A stretch of DNA of 64,000 nt from Raillietiella orientalis (taxonomy: Eukaryota): contig JAYWIR010000043.1 in assembly GCA_036172245.1 (NCBI GenBank), positions 868,001 through 932,000 of the forward strand. Direction: 5' to 3'. Both the position numbers and the translations under genes were made by a program. Position 1 is the stretch's first letter. Each line of letters starts with the position of its first letter. Below the pieces are notes generated by a model that ran no database searches, was not told where the DNA came from, and was given only the letters and a program-made list of their open reading frames with translations. Positions 23,828 through 36,756 of this stretch are shown here, piece by piece.

Positions 23828-23949
23828 GAGATGGCTTAAGGGGAGGAGACTGTGTCTCGGAGAGTGAGCCTGAGCAGCAGCACTGGATAGAGAAGGTGGC
23901 GCACATTAGTGTCGTTAACAGATCACCACCTTCCGTGATGACTTTTCAA

Positions 23950-25130
23950 CTTCATACACTTTGCTTCACAGCATCCAGCCGTTCTGGTCCGCTCTCTGCC
24001 GAATTTACACAGGGTTGTAGGAAGAGAATTCAGTCCCAATCTACAGATGGGGAACTAGGGGATGTGTCATCTGAGAATTCCAGAAGACCAAGCATCTGCG
24101 ACACAAGAAGACAATAAAGCACACAAGAAGCGCATGGACACGGATGCGGTGGCATTCGTCTGCGTCCAGGACTGTGCCGGAGCTGAGAAGGAAGGACACA
24201 GGGTGGTCGCTGAGCCCGACGGTGGCTCGAGGCGGAAATTCACGTCTGACCCGCTGCAGCTGAGTGGAAAAAGCAGCCTCCTGTGGAGGAGGAGCATGCG
24301 GATCAAGGATGGGCCTTGCGTCGTGCGTAGGGCAAATCGTACAGCGTCTGGCCGCTTCCTCTGAAGAAACACCAGCTCATGGGTCAAAGGTTGAATACCC
24401 CTGAGGGCAATCAGGCCATCGGAAATGGAGTTGACCACACGCGCTGCATGTGCGTGTCTTGGGAAGATTGGGGCATGTTCTCAGCCGCGGTGTAGAGGAC
24501 TCCAGCCCCATCACCAGCCGACGAGACGAACGAGTGGACCAAATGAGAAGGACTATTTGGAAGCCGATGCTTTTCTCCTGAAACCGATTCGGGAGTCGAT
24601 TCGAAACTCCGGCTGGACTCAGCACTCCAGAACGAAGGGAGGGGTCATCTTATACGACTCCACTCCTGACGCCTGGGAGACTTCAATAGCAGACTCAGAG
24701 GAGGTGAGGTAGATGAAGGAGAGCGAACGAGTGCGCGGAAGAGACCGGTTCCGGACTTCTTCCTCCCTGGAGGAGCGCCCGGTGGCAAGATTCGCGGTGG
24801 GTCGGGACCCAAGGGACGACGAGCTCGCTGGCGTACATCAAGCGGGGGCACACGAAGCAGGAAGCAACGCCCTGCAGCAGCAGCATCCAGCATCCTCCGG
24901 GCACGTGTTGGGAGCAACGGTCGTATCGACGGCGACCGCGGTCAGTAGCTCCTCAGGTGATGTAAACCGCAACTTTGATCCCATTGGCCTGGATGACTGG
25001 AAACACTGAAGGGAGCAGGGCAAGGACAGCGGGCTCCCATCCATCCAATTTGTTGCGCATATTTGCCAGCAGGTGGCAGTCTTGAGTGCAGGGAATCGCC
25101 ATCGAAGGCCCTGAGGTCCTGGCAACACAG
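23950..25130 (-). mobile_element. Decayed DIRS-type fragment (RNaseH-MT-YR N-terminus)
   Basis: NWMDGSPLSLPCSLQCF, AVAVDTTVA (~V..DNTT.VA), SPPLSLLLKSPRRQE (MT-like FPP..L) and LRGIQPLTHELVFL..ALRTTQG (YR N-terminal-like), in DIRS order. Confidence 0.42.
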
Positions 25131-25599
25131 TTTGACGGGAAAGGGAACAAGGGGATCATCCGTCCTCAGCTGCCCTTCGAGCTCGGTTCCTTCCCTCCGG
25201 CCACAAAGATCGAAAGGTAGCCGGGGTGCAGAAAGAACTCTCCCTTCCTCGGATCAGCGGGAGCCTCCTCTGAAAAGCTCCAAGAAGGAGCTGCTGCCTA
25301 GCAGCGGAAGATCACCAGAAACAAACGCTGCATTTTCCTGTAGGTTGGACCTTGAGTTCCGCTCTCTCAGATTCCTGCTTCTTCTTCTCCCCGGAGATTT
25401 AGGAGGCCAGCGCGCGCGGAGGGGGGGAGCCGCGCAGCCTCACTGCCACCATCGGCGGAGGATCGAAGCGCGCGCGGACTCTCTCGACGACGGCAGGACT
25501 CTGCCCTCCCGGAGGTGACCAGGGGCATCTCAGCCGCATCTTACTTCGATGCGGAGAAGACGCTCACTTTGCCTTCCCGCCCCTTCCGCCCACCAGAGG

Positions 25600-27930
25600 C
25601 CGCTGGCATGGAATGAAGGGAGCCGCCCCGACGGCGCCGCTGCGGCGTTCCGCTCGCTCGTGGTCGCCGCTTCCCGTTTCTCCGGAAGCGCTTCCCACCC
25701 TCGGTGATGGCACAAGGGAGGCGTCATCCATCCGGGTCAACACGCTGCCTGCGCCGCTCCTGAGATGTGTTCTCGAGCAGATCCAGCATCCTCGCCGCGG
25801 AGTTCGATTCGAGATGGCGGATCTTCCTGCCCTCCCCCCTTCTGTCGTGATCACCATCTTGCCAGTACCGTCCCCTTGAGGGAATTCGTACTCTGCGAGC
25901 CTTCCTCCAGCCGTCTAGCAAAAAGCGGACGGAAGTCCTCGCGTGAGCGGATGAAGGTCGTTTCGTCTCATGAAGGCCGGGAAGAGAAGACCAATCGATC
26001 TCGTAAGAGCGGAGAGCTGTTGACTTCGGCAAGACAAGCAGCACTGCTGCTCAGGCGATGCAGCTGGGCCGACCTTGCTCCTCTCTCCTCAGAGCGATCG
26101 TGATGCTGGTCCCTCCCCCCTCCCAAGTGGCCAGTCTTCCTCCCCTCCTCCCCCAAGAGGAGCGTCCGGATGGCTCCTCCTTTCAGAGGTGGCCTGAAAT
26201 TCCAAACTCCGGAATATCGGGGAGGGGGGGGACACGAGATGAGCTGACGGCTCCTGAGGAAGTGAGAGCGGACCTCTAGTTCTCGTGGTAGCAGCACGAA
26301 TCTTTCGTGACCCCGTCCAGTCCGGGCCACCGTTGTGCCTCCTCTCGAGGGGACCGAGAGCGAGACGCTGAAGACCAAAGTCCGTGCGGTCTTTCCCTTT
26401 TACCCTCTGCTCTGATAAGAGCCTCCTTCCCGGAAACAGGAACACGGGGTTTTTTCCGAAGAGAATCCGGCAAAGCTTGCGAATGCCGAAGACAGGAAGC
26501 GTTCGGGACCGAAGAAGCACCCGACCAAGCTCGGAGGCATCCGGTGGCTGAGGGCAGAGTGGGTCTGTGGATCGAGAGGTGCTCCGTGGACAGGAAAGCC
26601 ATCTGCAGGATGCGGAGAACGGGTCCGAGGTTGCCAGGGTGGCTTGGCACAACCGATGAAGAAGGCGGTCACGGCAGAGTGGCTCTCGTCACTTGAGGAT
26701 GAGAGATGAGCCGAGAAGCCGTGCCTGATGATGAAAGGGATTTCAGAAGTTCATCCGGCTAGAACAAAGGCGATCAGAAGAGCAAAGTTGGTCCAAATAG
26801 TAAACCAATGATTTCCATCTCCATGCGTCCAATCAGGAATTCTTGTTCTGGACGAAAGGCACTGCTCCTGACGGATGAGGAGGGTTCCCATGTCCGACGG
26901 CTGCCTTCCACGTCTGCCGCCATCCTTTCCCTTTCGTTTTCTCGAAAGTTCCGAGCTCCTCCTCACCCGCTTGCCGGAAGGAAGAACGCGCTCACCCACG
27001 TTGAAGAATCCCCGGAAAGATCACAAGGAGACACCACGGGAAAAAGACTCTCATTTCGTTGCTGTGGCGGACCCGGTGGAGCGAGAGGGCTTTATTCTGG
27101 ACGGGAATTCTGGATTCAGGAATCTTGAAAAAGAGCAAGATGCTTTTCAAGAGGACCTTTCAACCCTCTCCTTTCAAAAGAAGGAAAGCTGGAGCGTTGG
27201 GAAATCACAGAGCAGGGCCCCGCGTTCCGGAAGCCACAGCGCGTGCTCGCACCTTCTCGAGCTCCGGGACGCGGCAAGACCTCGGGAATCGACCTTAAAA
27301 AGGACCATCGGATATTCTGATCAGACTCATGAGAGAGGAAAACACCAACTTCAGCTCTGGTCGAACACCAAGCCGGGTAATGGGCGCGACTCCGCCGGAA
27401 ACAGGTTTTCCGCTAGAGCACTCCTCCAGAGAAACGGAAACGCTCCAGCCTCCGGGACTTTTAGAGCACTCTCAGCGGGCCGAGCACGTAGTGCGGGAAC
27501 GAGGGGAGAACCGCGCGCGTGGCGACGGGAGAGGAAGATGAGAGAGGAGTCTACCCTTTGGCCGCATCGCAAGAGCGATGCGGCGAAGGGGTGAACCCTT
27601 GGAGGGGAGATGCCGCCACGATGATCCGTCCCAAGCCAAGGGGGAGGAGCTACTGAACTTCCGAGCAGCATCCGCTGCCGTCGAAGCTTCCGGGGCAGCT
27701 CGCGAGCATCGCCGGCCAGCTGCAAGAGCCGCGGGCAGACCCGAATCGCACGTATGCGCGCACAGCGAATTCCGAAAAGATGCTGCGGCGTTGAGGGTCG
27801 CGCTTCGTACCGAGAGATCAGGGCGCTCCAGCTTTCGAGAAGCACGCAGGGGTATCTCTAATGACACGATGGGTGCGTCCGCTCCCGATCTCAGCTCCAG
27901 TCCTCCGTCCTCGACCGCCGCCGAGTTCAA
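25600..27930 (-). mobile_element. Decayed DIRS-type retrotransposon, colinear RT-RNaseH-MT-YR
   Basis: RT-like: ERPDLSVRSATLN, VAPPPWLG, and AFPFLWRSALAENLFPAESRPLPGLVFD. RNaseH end: VLPSGKRVRRSSELSR (~IPG..N..AD.LSR). MT-like: WTNFALLIAFVL. YR-like: ISCPPPPRYSGVWN, VLLVLPKSTALRSYEI (box I Arg) and PSPRVGSAS (~HSTR box II). Confidence 0.6.
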
Positions 27931-29679
27931 AAGGGTGCAATCCGGAAAATCTCGCCTCGGGATCCTTAACCCTTTCAGATCGTATCGTTAAGAGTTTTCG
28001 CTTCCTGGCTGCTTAATTTATTTCCCTTTGTGACCACGCTCGAATGGCAGTCACTCCGTGCATTTGCATCAATGGACATTTCTACTACTTCAGATCGTGG
28101 CTCCCTACTAACTCGCAGCGATTTCTTCCATATGGGAGTGCCATAAATTGGGCCACCCAGAGTTTTTTTTATGGCTCTGTCATCGCCTTATCAGTGTCAT
28201 CGATGGAGACGCCCATTCGATCCTGATGCTCCCATGAGGTCTCGAATCCTGATGCATCCATCTGTCTCCAAATCATTAAAGACAGTACACGTGTAAATTG
28301 AGCTTTCGGACCCAGTTCGCAGAGATCGACTCTCAGTTCCGGATGTGTAAAACTTTGGATATCAAGGGAACATCAGCTGTATTTTAACAAATCTCTCTGC
28401 ATGCTCCTAACCCCTGCAAGGTCAGCTTCCTTCATCGTTCCCCTCGACCGAATAGATGACAAAAAAGATGCAGCCCTTGCTTTCTCCGATGTACATACAT
28501 TCGAGTTGGTTTATTTCTCGTCGGAACGCTCACAATAGGTGGACATCGTCCCCGTTTCGTTTGCAAGCGGTCGAAGGAAAACGGCCACATATGTACACTG
28601 TGATTGCCGTCCTCGTCAGTTTCTTTTTTTCTTGCGGCTTCCTTTTTGGATGCAGCACCGGGTTTCGCTGAAGCGATGCTCGTACTCTCCCTCCGGAACT
28701 TCCCTTTCCACCAGGCCCTTGGAGAGACTCCTTCCTTTGTCCGCCTTGGATGGTGGCATTCCTTCGTATCGGCGCTCCGGAGATGAAGGAGGCAACACAC
28801 GGCCGGAACATTAGGTTGTGCTTTGAAACGACCGTGAAAACCCTTCAAAGCACCCCCTCAGGTTCCTGGAGCACCCTTATTCTCTCTATGCATTCCCACA
28901 CTGGGTACAGAGTTGAGCAAATGAAGAGGTGTGGAGCCGTTTTCGCTCGGCCACAAGCTGAGTGGAATTTCTGGAATCACCAGTTCCATTTTTCTCACTA
29001 TAGCAATAGGTTTTGTCGTGAACATCTCTGATAGGTTTCATTCCCATGAGCACAGAGCTGAATGCCAGTGGTGCTGGCTTTCGTACTGCTGGTTCTTATG
29101 TTCGTCTTTGAGAGTGCCATACTGTATTTGATTATTCAGTCCACTCTCCGAACCAGGTCACACCAGATCTCGCCATCCACCGATGTCCTCGGTCCATCGA
29201 CAACTCTCTTTTATTCTGCTGGAATCTTCCCTGGATTCCTTGATCCTCCTGTAGTAGACCATTGGACGATGGATCCTACCAGTGCTGATTTTCCTACGTC
29301 TCTAAACTCCACGCTCGAGTGATTTCGTAACCGTTTTGCTGTTGACCGTGGCATCTGCCTCATCTGCAGAAGTACCAGTGCTAGTCGCAGTGCGCTTCTT
29401 CCCAGAGTTTTGTATTTCGTGGAATGATTTTCAGCTTATAAGTCACTGTCATATTGCGTTCCTCGTGATCTTTTATCTCCTAAGAGTCACCCCATTTGCC
29501 AATCATTTTTGGAGTACTTCTGCGATTTTCTAATTTATTTGAAACTCGAAATGGAACTTTTTAACGAGCAATGTTTACAAGATGAATGGCTCCTCTACTA
29601 GTTGGAATAGGCAGACTGGATCCACGTTGTATTGTGACTTCGAGCCTCTCATGAAATTTCCCAGCCAGCTTCGTTTAAG

Positions 29680-29980
29680 CAATGAAGTGATGTTAAAACA
29701 GAAAAGCCCCCGATGGTCTCTAGATGTGAGGCATCGTGATGTTTGTTCCACTCAGGTTCGTGCGCCTTTGATGGCTGCACTAAAACCAGCTGCAACCTGC
29801 ATCTTCTACTCCGAGGCAATTGCCTGAAACCCCTTCCTACCTCGACTTGTCCACGGGATCCAATGGGCACGAGCTTGCCCTCGGTCCTTGACTTGAATTC
29901 ATGCACAAATCGCCAGAAGTTCGTGCTTCCTCTTGCTCTCTCATCCACTAGAAGACTGCAACTCGGCGTGGTCTTACGAT
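29680..29980 (+). mobile_element. Decayed DIRS-type tyrosine recombinase fragment
   Basis: KSPRWSLDV (~P.WDL.V) followed by RQKFVLPLALSSTRRLQ (~K..FLLALAS.RR..E, YR box I). Confidence 0.45.
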
Positions 29981-31149
29981 AAGGGCCTCCATAGCCTAAG
30001 GAACGCAAGGAATGTCACAAAATTTCGACCTGTGATTTTTTAGACACAAGCCCAACAGCGTAATAGTGTTGGTTCCCTTCAGCACATCATCTTGTCAGGG
30101 TTCTATTCTCCACTTCGTGTTCTCAACTGTGAATATATTCAGCTCCCTTATATGCATCCCCCCTTTCCCTTTTCACATGGGATGAGAGATATTATACTTT
30201 CACATGCATATTAGGAAAAAAAAAGATTTGGCACAATGCGTCACGCCGCATATATTTTTTTTTTTTTTTCAAGAAAAAAATCGTTTCGGGTGTTCCCGAT
30301 TCCGAAATTTCGAAAATGCAAGACGAATCCGCCACTGGGGAACGAAATAAGGCCGTACTTGAGACATTCTGAAATCAGCCGAGGAGGATTTCGGCTCCTC
30401 GCTGCGTATTGGCACGGAAGGAAAGAAGGAAAAGGGTTTTCATGCATGTGCACTCCGTGCAGATCGGTTTCCGTGTTTCCCTCGCCCATTGCAGGGGTCT
30501 GTGAAAGACAGGCAGCACAAAGAAAGCATCGTTCGTCGCTCACCGCGTTGGTCAAATTGAAAAGCTCCAGCAATCAAAAAGAACGGAGTGGGTCACCCAG
30601 TGATAATTTTGGCCCCACGAAATCACGAAGCAGTTAGTCCTTCCCACTGTCAGTGCCGTTCCGCTGCGACTTAACATCATCTAATCTTTGGATTTCAGCT
30701 TCTACAGAGATGGCCACTCCTCGTTTCCGGAGACCAAAGGATTCTGTTCGGACGGTTAAAAATCAGGTGGGGAAAGGAAAGAAAGGAAAAGACGAACGCA
30801 GCCAGGGTCAAAACGTGGAGGAACATATTTTTTGGTTTTCAATCTCGAATGCTATCGTCCAGAGGACACATAGGTAAGCACACATCGAATGATGGCAGTG
30901 GAAAGAAAGGCGGAAGCGGAGAGCAAGTCGGGACCATAAGTCGGAGTATCAAAAGAGTCTACGAAGCGAATTTCTCCGAAACAAATGTGACCGATCTGAG
31001 CTCACGGAACGGAGTTCGATTTCACTGATTTCAGCATTTCGGTTCTTTCTTTTCGTCTGTTTGCTCCCTGACTGGAAAGGAACATTCTAGAAATCCCCTG
31101 TGAGCACCCCTGTGAATGAACCAAAACAGCTCACGTCAGTCACCATGCA

Positions 31150-31930
31150 GCACCTGCAGTTGCCATTTTCTGACATCGGAGATTCCTTTACATACGATTC
31201 CTCCTACTCAAGTGTAGTCGAGGCACTTTCGTGTATCAGCATAGGTCCAACCAATGCTCATTTTGGATTAACCCCCACAAACATCTGTTTTGAGAAACAT
31301 GGACCCTTCAATGGAAAATTGCATGTCAGCAAATACAGTCAGCATAAGCCGTGCTTACCGGTTATATACATGTGGGTACATATGTGTGTACGTACATACA
31401 TTATTCTGTATAATGTCTATTGAGCATTGGGAATGTTCGTCCCTCCTATTTGCTGATTCTTGGAAAAGATCAGACAAGGAAACGAAAGTGGATGGGAAAC
31501 TGCTGATGATACATCAGGTGAGATGGAACTCCACGCAAAACCACGAATATTTGCATATGAAAAAGCTCAGCACATTTTTCAAATAACAGCGTGACCGCGG
31601 CGAAAAGATGAATGGAGGGAAAAAAATACTCCTTGATTTTAAGCGAAGCAAAAAATTACGAGCGGCCGTAGCAAATGTAATGAAACGGAGTGGGTGTGAA
31701 ACTTTTTTCTCAACAGAAAATCCCTCTTTAGGAAGCACACAGCGAATCTCCAATGACCTTCTCGAGGAAGACGAAATCACCGTTCGGAGTCATCGTGCTT
31801 TGAGCTTCCTAATGGAAAGGGATTCTCGCCACTGGGGTTACAGCACAGGAACATCCCCAGGCACATCGTGGGGGGAGGCCAGAGAAAGTAGTCCGTCCTC
31901 AGGCCGGGGGAGAAACGACCTACGATTCAG
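31150..31930 (+). mobile_element. Decayed DIRS-type RT and RNaseH fragments
   Basis: FSDIGDSF..HFGLTPTNICFEK (~IDLKDAYF..PFGLSTAP.VFTK) and LSFLMERDSRHWGYSTGTSPGTSWGEARE (~L.LFTDAS..GWG..G.W..E). Confidence 0.45.
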
Positions 31931-32609
31931 TACGTGTGGGAGCGCATGTAGACAGAATGAAACTCAGCTTTGCTCAGGAACTGACATCTGAAGAACTCCT
32001 TTCCTTCCTTCTTTCAGGAGACAGTTTTTCCTTTCCTGATAACCTCTTCCTTTCATAAAAGATGTTGCGCTTGATGGGCGCTTCATCCAGAGTTTGATGT
32101 CGATTCGGACACCTGTTGGCGCCCCTATAACCACCGTTCCCACTTTCGAAACGATCTACATTAATCATTAACGTTATAAAAGGACCTAATCGTTCATCCG
32201 CTGCTTTAACGGCTGCTGCAGGGAGTGTTTCCAGGTCCTACATCTTTATACAGCGCGATCTCCAAGATGGATTACTTAGCTTGGAAACTGTACGTTGTTG
32301 GAACCGACAGGATGCAATAAAATGGCAACTTTTCGGTCACTTGCCAAAAAAAAAAAAAAAAATCCCGCAGAATGACAGATGTAGAAATAAATATGCGGCC
32401 TCTCTTTGCCCATCCTCTTTCGGCCGGTACGATGTCCGCTTCACCTCCCTCAGGGAAGTTGCAGCAGCCTGCATTGTGGTTGCATCTTCGTTGGCTCTTT
32501 GGGAGGCGGCTCGCATCGGTTACATTGGAATGCCGAAGCGTTAACTAAAAAGAATGCAACGACTCGTGCAATCGCAAATTTGACTCGCAAAGCCTGTCGG
32601 TAGCAGAAT

Positions 32610-34290
32610 GTTCAGCTCGACATGAAATTCCGATGCATGAACGCGAGCCAGCAGCCCAACGTCTCCACATGTGGGTGCCGGAATAAGCTTCCCGCTCGAG
32701 TGCTATCGCTTCTGATTCTCCCCGTTGAGGGAAAATCCAGACAACCCGCCCCTTGCCCCGAGGAATGCATTATGATGCCAGCCCAAGGAGGACTGGCAGG
32801 GGCTGCCGTGTTACTTGTCACCATCTCCTGGAAGGAACCCACGTCGGCGGCATGCGTCCTCTGATCAAACGAACCCCCCAGCGCCCCTTTCTATTACCTA
32901 TGGACAATCCTTAGCTAAATCAAAGGTCAAGATGATACATTAGGAAGCTTGGAATCACTATGGACACCGTCGCCGTCATGTTTCCAAGACCTTTTTGAAA
33001 TCGATGCGAAATGCTGGACGGAAGGGGAAAAAATGGGATTTTCTTCTCGGCTCATCTTCTTGTTTACGCCATCTGCGCCAAGTGATTCGAAACCGCTATT
33101 TTCGTACTGTGCTGTGCCCGGATGGACTGCCTCTGCTGACCTTTCGCCCGCCAGCAGGATGGGCAAAAATAATGTTCGGTTCTCGCCGGAGTTTGCTCTC
33201 ATTCTGGCAGAGGAATAGCGAGGCGGCCGCTGCTTCAAGAAACTCAGCTACTGGTATATGCAGTTTGATTCCCAAAATGCTTATCACACATCCTCCACTG
33301 AAGATACAGGATTGTTCACGCCTTAGTTCACATGAAAAATTGAAAGTCCGAGCTTAAAAGAGCTTGACCCTTTGATAAAGTCTGTCAATCCGGTTGAACC
33401 ACTTCCTTTAGTCCGTACCATTAGCGCGTATCAGGGCTCTTCATGCTTTCTCTTGACATCAAGTCGAAGAAAGGAAAAAAAGGGCAGCAGCGTGAGGATC
33501 ACACTCGTTGGCGGAGGTGGAAAACGCATTATTTTCGTCCTTCATTGGTAGAACATGGACGGATTACTCGAGACCAGTTTGTAGTCGGAACAAGTATCAA
33601 CAGCCATGGTCCCAATAATCTCCATCGTCCACTCTTTCCACGTCCGTACTTTGGTTCCACTTGGTCCACATGCTTGCGTTCTCTTGATCCACATTGCCTG
33701 CGCCTATGTGACAACGAAATCAGTAGTTCGTTCTCATCATTTGACGTATGCATAGGTTCATCTTCTTTTTCCGACTCAAAAGACCACACCGAAATTCCCA
33801 GCGATAATGGAAAGCATCGTATACCTTCATTTCGGCTGAGAACCAAATGAAACTTTACCCCTCCTTCTTCACACGAAGACTGCCTTGCTTAACTGGACCA
33901 CCATCTGGAATTCATCCCTGATCCCACTCATCAGGACACTGCATCAAGAGTGCATTACTTCTGGCAGGGCAAGTGCTACGAATAGCGGACATCACGATGC
34001 ATTAGAGTACCCCTTTGGCGCTTCGGGTAGTCTCTCCTCAAAGTAAACTTTGTCTGATCTCCAACGTTTGGACTTATCCACACCCAATCCTGGATCCGAA
34101 CCGAACAGGTTTACTTTGATCCGAGGCTGCAAGGACCACGTTTTCGTGTTCGTTACGGTACCGCCGTGACTTAAGCAGATAACCAAGATGTAGACGGATG
34201 GCATGGACCAAACCAGTGTACTCGCCCAACTTCAGTGCTGCAGCACCAACTTTTAAACGAACTTTCGACTCGACGGGCAGCCTCAGTTGC
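32610..34290 (-). mobile_element. Decayed DIRS-type retrotransposon pol (RT-RNaseH-MT)
   Basis: In order along the minus strand: LPVESKVRL..HAIRLHLGYLLK (~PVGGRL..W..GY.L), GIRCFPLSLGISVWSF (~FRALPFGLS.APWVF), KLHIPVAEFLEAAAASL (~HIN.LEL.AV.LAL), MSREENPI..FASISKRSW..SKLPNVSS (~LSR..F..I..RW..KLP.F.S), and ASPPWAGII. Confidence 0.58.
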
Positions 34291-35335
34291 TTTACACGTG
34301 GATTATTTAAGGAAAACCAGTTGCACAGTTTGGAGCCAACAATTTTCAATACCAAAGTCATCGAGCTCAGCTTGCCACGAGCGCTCCTCACAGAATCGCT
34401 TCTCGGCCTTTTTTGGCTGAGATCAAAGTGTAGCATAAGTATTCTTTTCTCATCTCCATCGGATGAGAAAAGTCGCGCGAACGTTCGGCACAAATTCGAA
34501 GAAAAAGGTGCACACCTTCCCAACACCGCCCACAGTCAACTACCATAACCTTGACCTCTTCTCGCCTGTGAAACGCGCAAAAATTGCACAAAAATATTTG
34601 ATTCGGAAATTTTTTGGCGTTTCCAAAAAATTGTTCAGATTGACTAATCTGACGTGGGGGTTACGCCTTAATATCCTTAACAGTATGTTACACATCACAC
34701 GACGCGAAAATCTCCGCCGGACCAACGTTTTCCTTCCCCGATAGGCCCATCTAATTCTGCACCACGCATGCAACAACGTCAATGAATTTGTATTGAAATA
34801 ATGCATCGAAACCAAAATGCACTGAACGCGGGCTGTTTCGCTACTCAGCATGATCAGGAGGCTGAAAACACGTTTTTTCAAACGAAAACGTGTATTTGGA
34901 GCCAGAATGCAACAGTAGAAGGGGGTGATTCTTTTCCGGGGTTTACTAATTTTCGGCGACCTTTTCTTAAATAATAATAAAATTATCAGAATCACAAAGC
35001 AATTCAATAATTCCAAAGTGCCTCCGGTGGACCAACAGGATTGTTGCGTTGACGCCGCCCTCCGTATTGAAACCCTGGAAACAGTTCTAAAAAAAAGCCT
35101 CCAGAATTCCAACCGCCTTAGCTCGGATACCTTACTTATCAATACATCCAAAGCTCATTTTCCGTAGAGCATGGTATGGCTGAAACACTAAATGAAGATG
35201 GCTTGTCTGCATCTAACTCTTCTAACTGAAAACTTCCAATTTATGAAATCAACCTGTTGCAGTGCTTTCCTATAAAATCAGAATCACCGTGATAACAAAA
35301 CAACCCACAATTATTTACAAAAAGCAACAGTTAAA

Positions 35336-36756
35336 TCAGGAAAAACAGCGCAAAACAAAATACGTACAACTATTTTTTGGTATGCCATCACATGGGCAGA
35401 CGATATCAACAACTCTGGGAATATTTTCAGGAGAATACTCTTCAGGAATGTGATCCTCTAGACATTTGGATATTTCGGCACCAATGAGAATAGTGGTCCT
35501 ATCAGATCCAAAGTACAACTTTTGCCTGACTGGAATTATTTTTGAGCACACAAAAATGTCTTCTACCATGGTTTGCAAATCAAAACAGAGTCCCCTTCTG
35601 AAAGCCCCAATGTTTGGACTCTTTCTTCTGTTACAAAAACACAGATTGGCTGCTGCCTACTCTGTCTGCACCACAGCTGAACTAATGAATAACTGCACAC
35701 AAGTTTCAGCACTTTTACAAGGAGTGCGGATTTAACAGAATTTACAAGGCCACGACTTTGATAATGACGGTCCAATGCTGCATCTGATTTTTGTTGATGT
35801 AAAAATTTGACCAGATGTGCAACAAAACCTCCCCTGATCATAATTAAAGCAAATTGGAGACCTTAAGAATAATCTACCAAACTTTTTGGATTTTTTTCTA
35901 GCAGACTGCTGCACTGAACATTCAACAAGGGTGTTGCTATTCTTTTCCGGAGTACAAAGCTGCCTCTGCACGGAGCTCAACCAGCTGGTAAGATTCCTTT
36001 GTCTGCACTTGGATACTTCAGGTGATGAATCATCAATGTCAGCTTGTGAACACCCCTGAACACACACAGTCGAACAAGAACTGATTAAGCATATGCCTTA
36101 CCTTTCCACTAGCTCCTGTTTCTTTTTCCTGTGATTCATCACTGCATATTACATCCACAGACAGTGGCACATGCTTCACAGTTTTTCTGAATACTGGACT
36201 TGCTGGACATGGCAGAAAAGAATTCTCTAAAGCATGAGAAGATGAAGTACAACTTGTGAGAGTTGTAGCTCTGTTTCTATTAAGAAATGTAAAGTTGTGC
36301 ATATGGTTGATCGCTTTTAATGTAGGCAGATTTGTAGATAAAAACTTGCATGTATTATCATTGAGTTTATAACTGAAGCAACATTCAGATGTTGCATCAC
36401 TGCATGTTTTACGTTTATCATTTACTTGATGTTCAGATTGTTGAGAACCATCATTATGTTGCAATTTTGTTGCATTCAGAAAATCTGAATCACTTAGACA
36501 AGTGCTGCTGCTGGTAACTCCTGTTTCTGATGAAGGGAAGCTTGAATTCCTGCTTAAGCCTATATCTTTATTCTCAATGCAACGAGTACCAAAGTTTAAT
36601 TTTTTAAAAGAATGCCTTCTAATAGTCTTGATATCAAATCCTGCTGTTCTACCTTTCCATCCCTGCAAGAACTACATTTTTTGTTTTTTTTCTTAAAGAA
36701 ACATGTTTTGCCTTTATTGCTATATCCTTGAAATGAGTGTTCCTTTCAGAATTCAT
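35336..36756 (-). CDS. SPIDR: SPIDR-like DNA repair-scaffolding protein (N-terminal/DUF4502-type part; 3' end unresolved)
   Basis: Exons 36756-36712 (or -36703), 36662-36102, 36055-35883, 35833-35567 and 35525 onward splice in frame, ~411 aa to the first stop at 35336. The string TSWLSSVQRQLCTPEK..SARKKSKKGGFVAHLVKFLHQQKSDAALDRH..LLVKVLKL..GDSVLICKPWQKL..TILIG resembles, from memory, vertebrate SPIDR (W.RSAQ..LQTP.K..SAKK..GGLAERL..LQ.R.RSAI..WRH..LTVKIL..DTVRIFPPWQKL..PVIL). It is preceded by a Ser-rich disordered region. Confidence 0.72.

Noticed and set aside
1..28000. Many 200-480 aa ORFs (e.g. 9765-11195, 10453-11889, 3782-4903, 6434-7663) as host genes
   Set aside because: They overlap in several frames on both strands, are R/P/G/S/A-rich and run through microsatellites. 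This is expected from stop-codon scarcity at high GC; the only recognisable parts are transposon ghosts.
28430..29330. Possible Gypsy-type RT remnant
   Set aside because: Only one weak motif resemblance and no ordered domain series.
34540..35151. Basic 203-aa ORF superficially like telomerase RT or a SPIDR continuation
   Set aside because: No TERT T-motif or RT motifs, and no recognisable SPIDR similarity; left unresolved.
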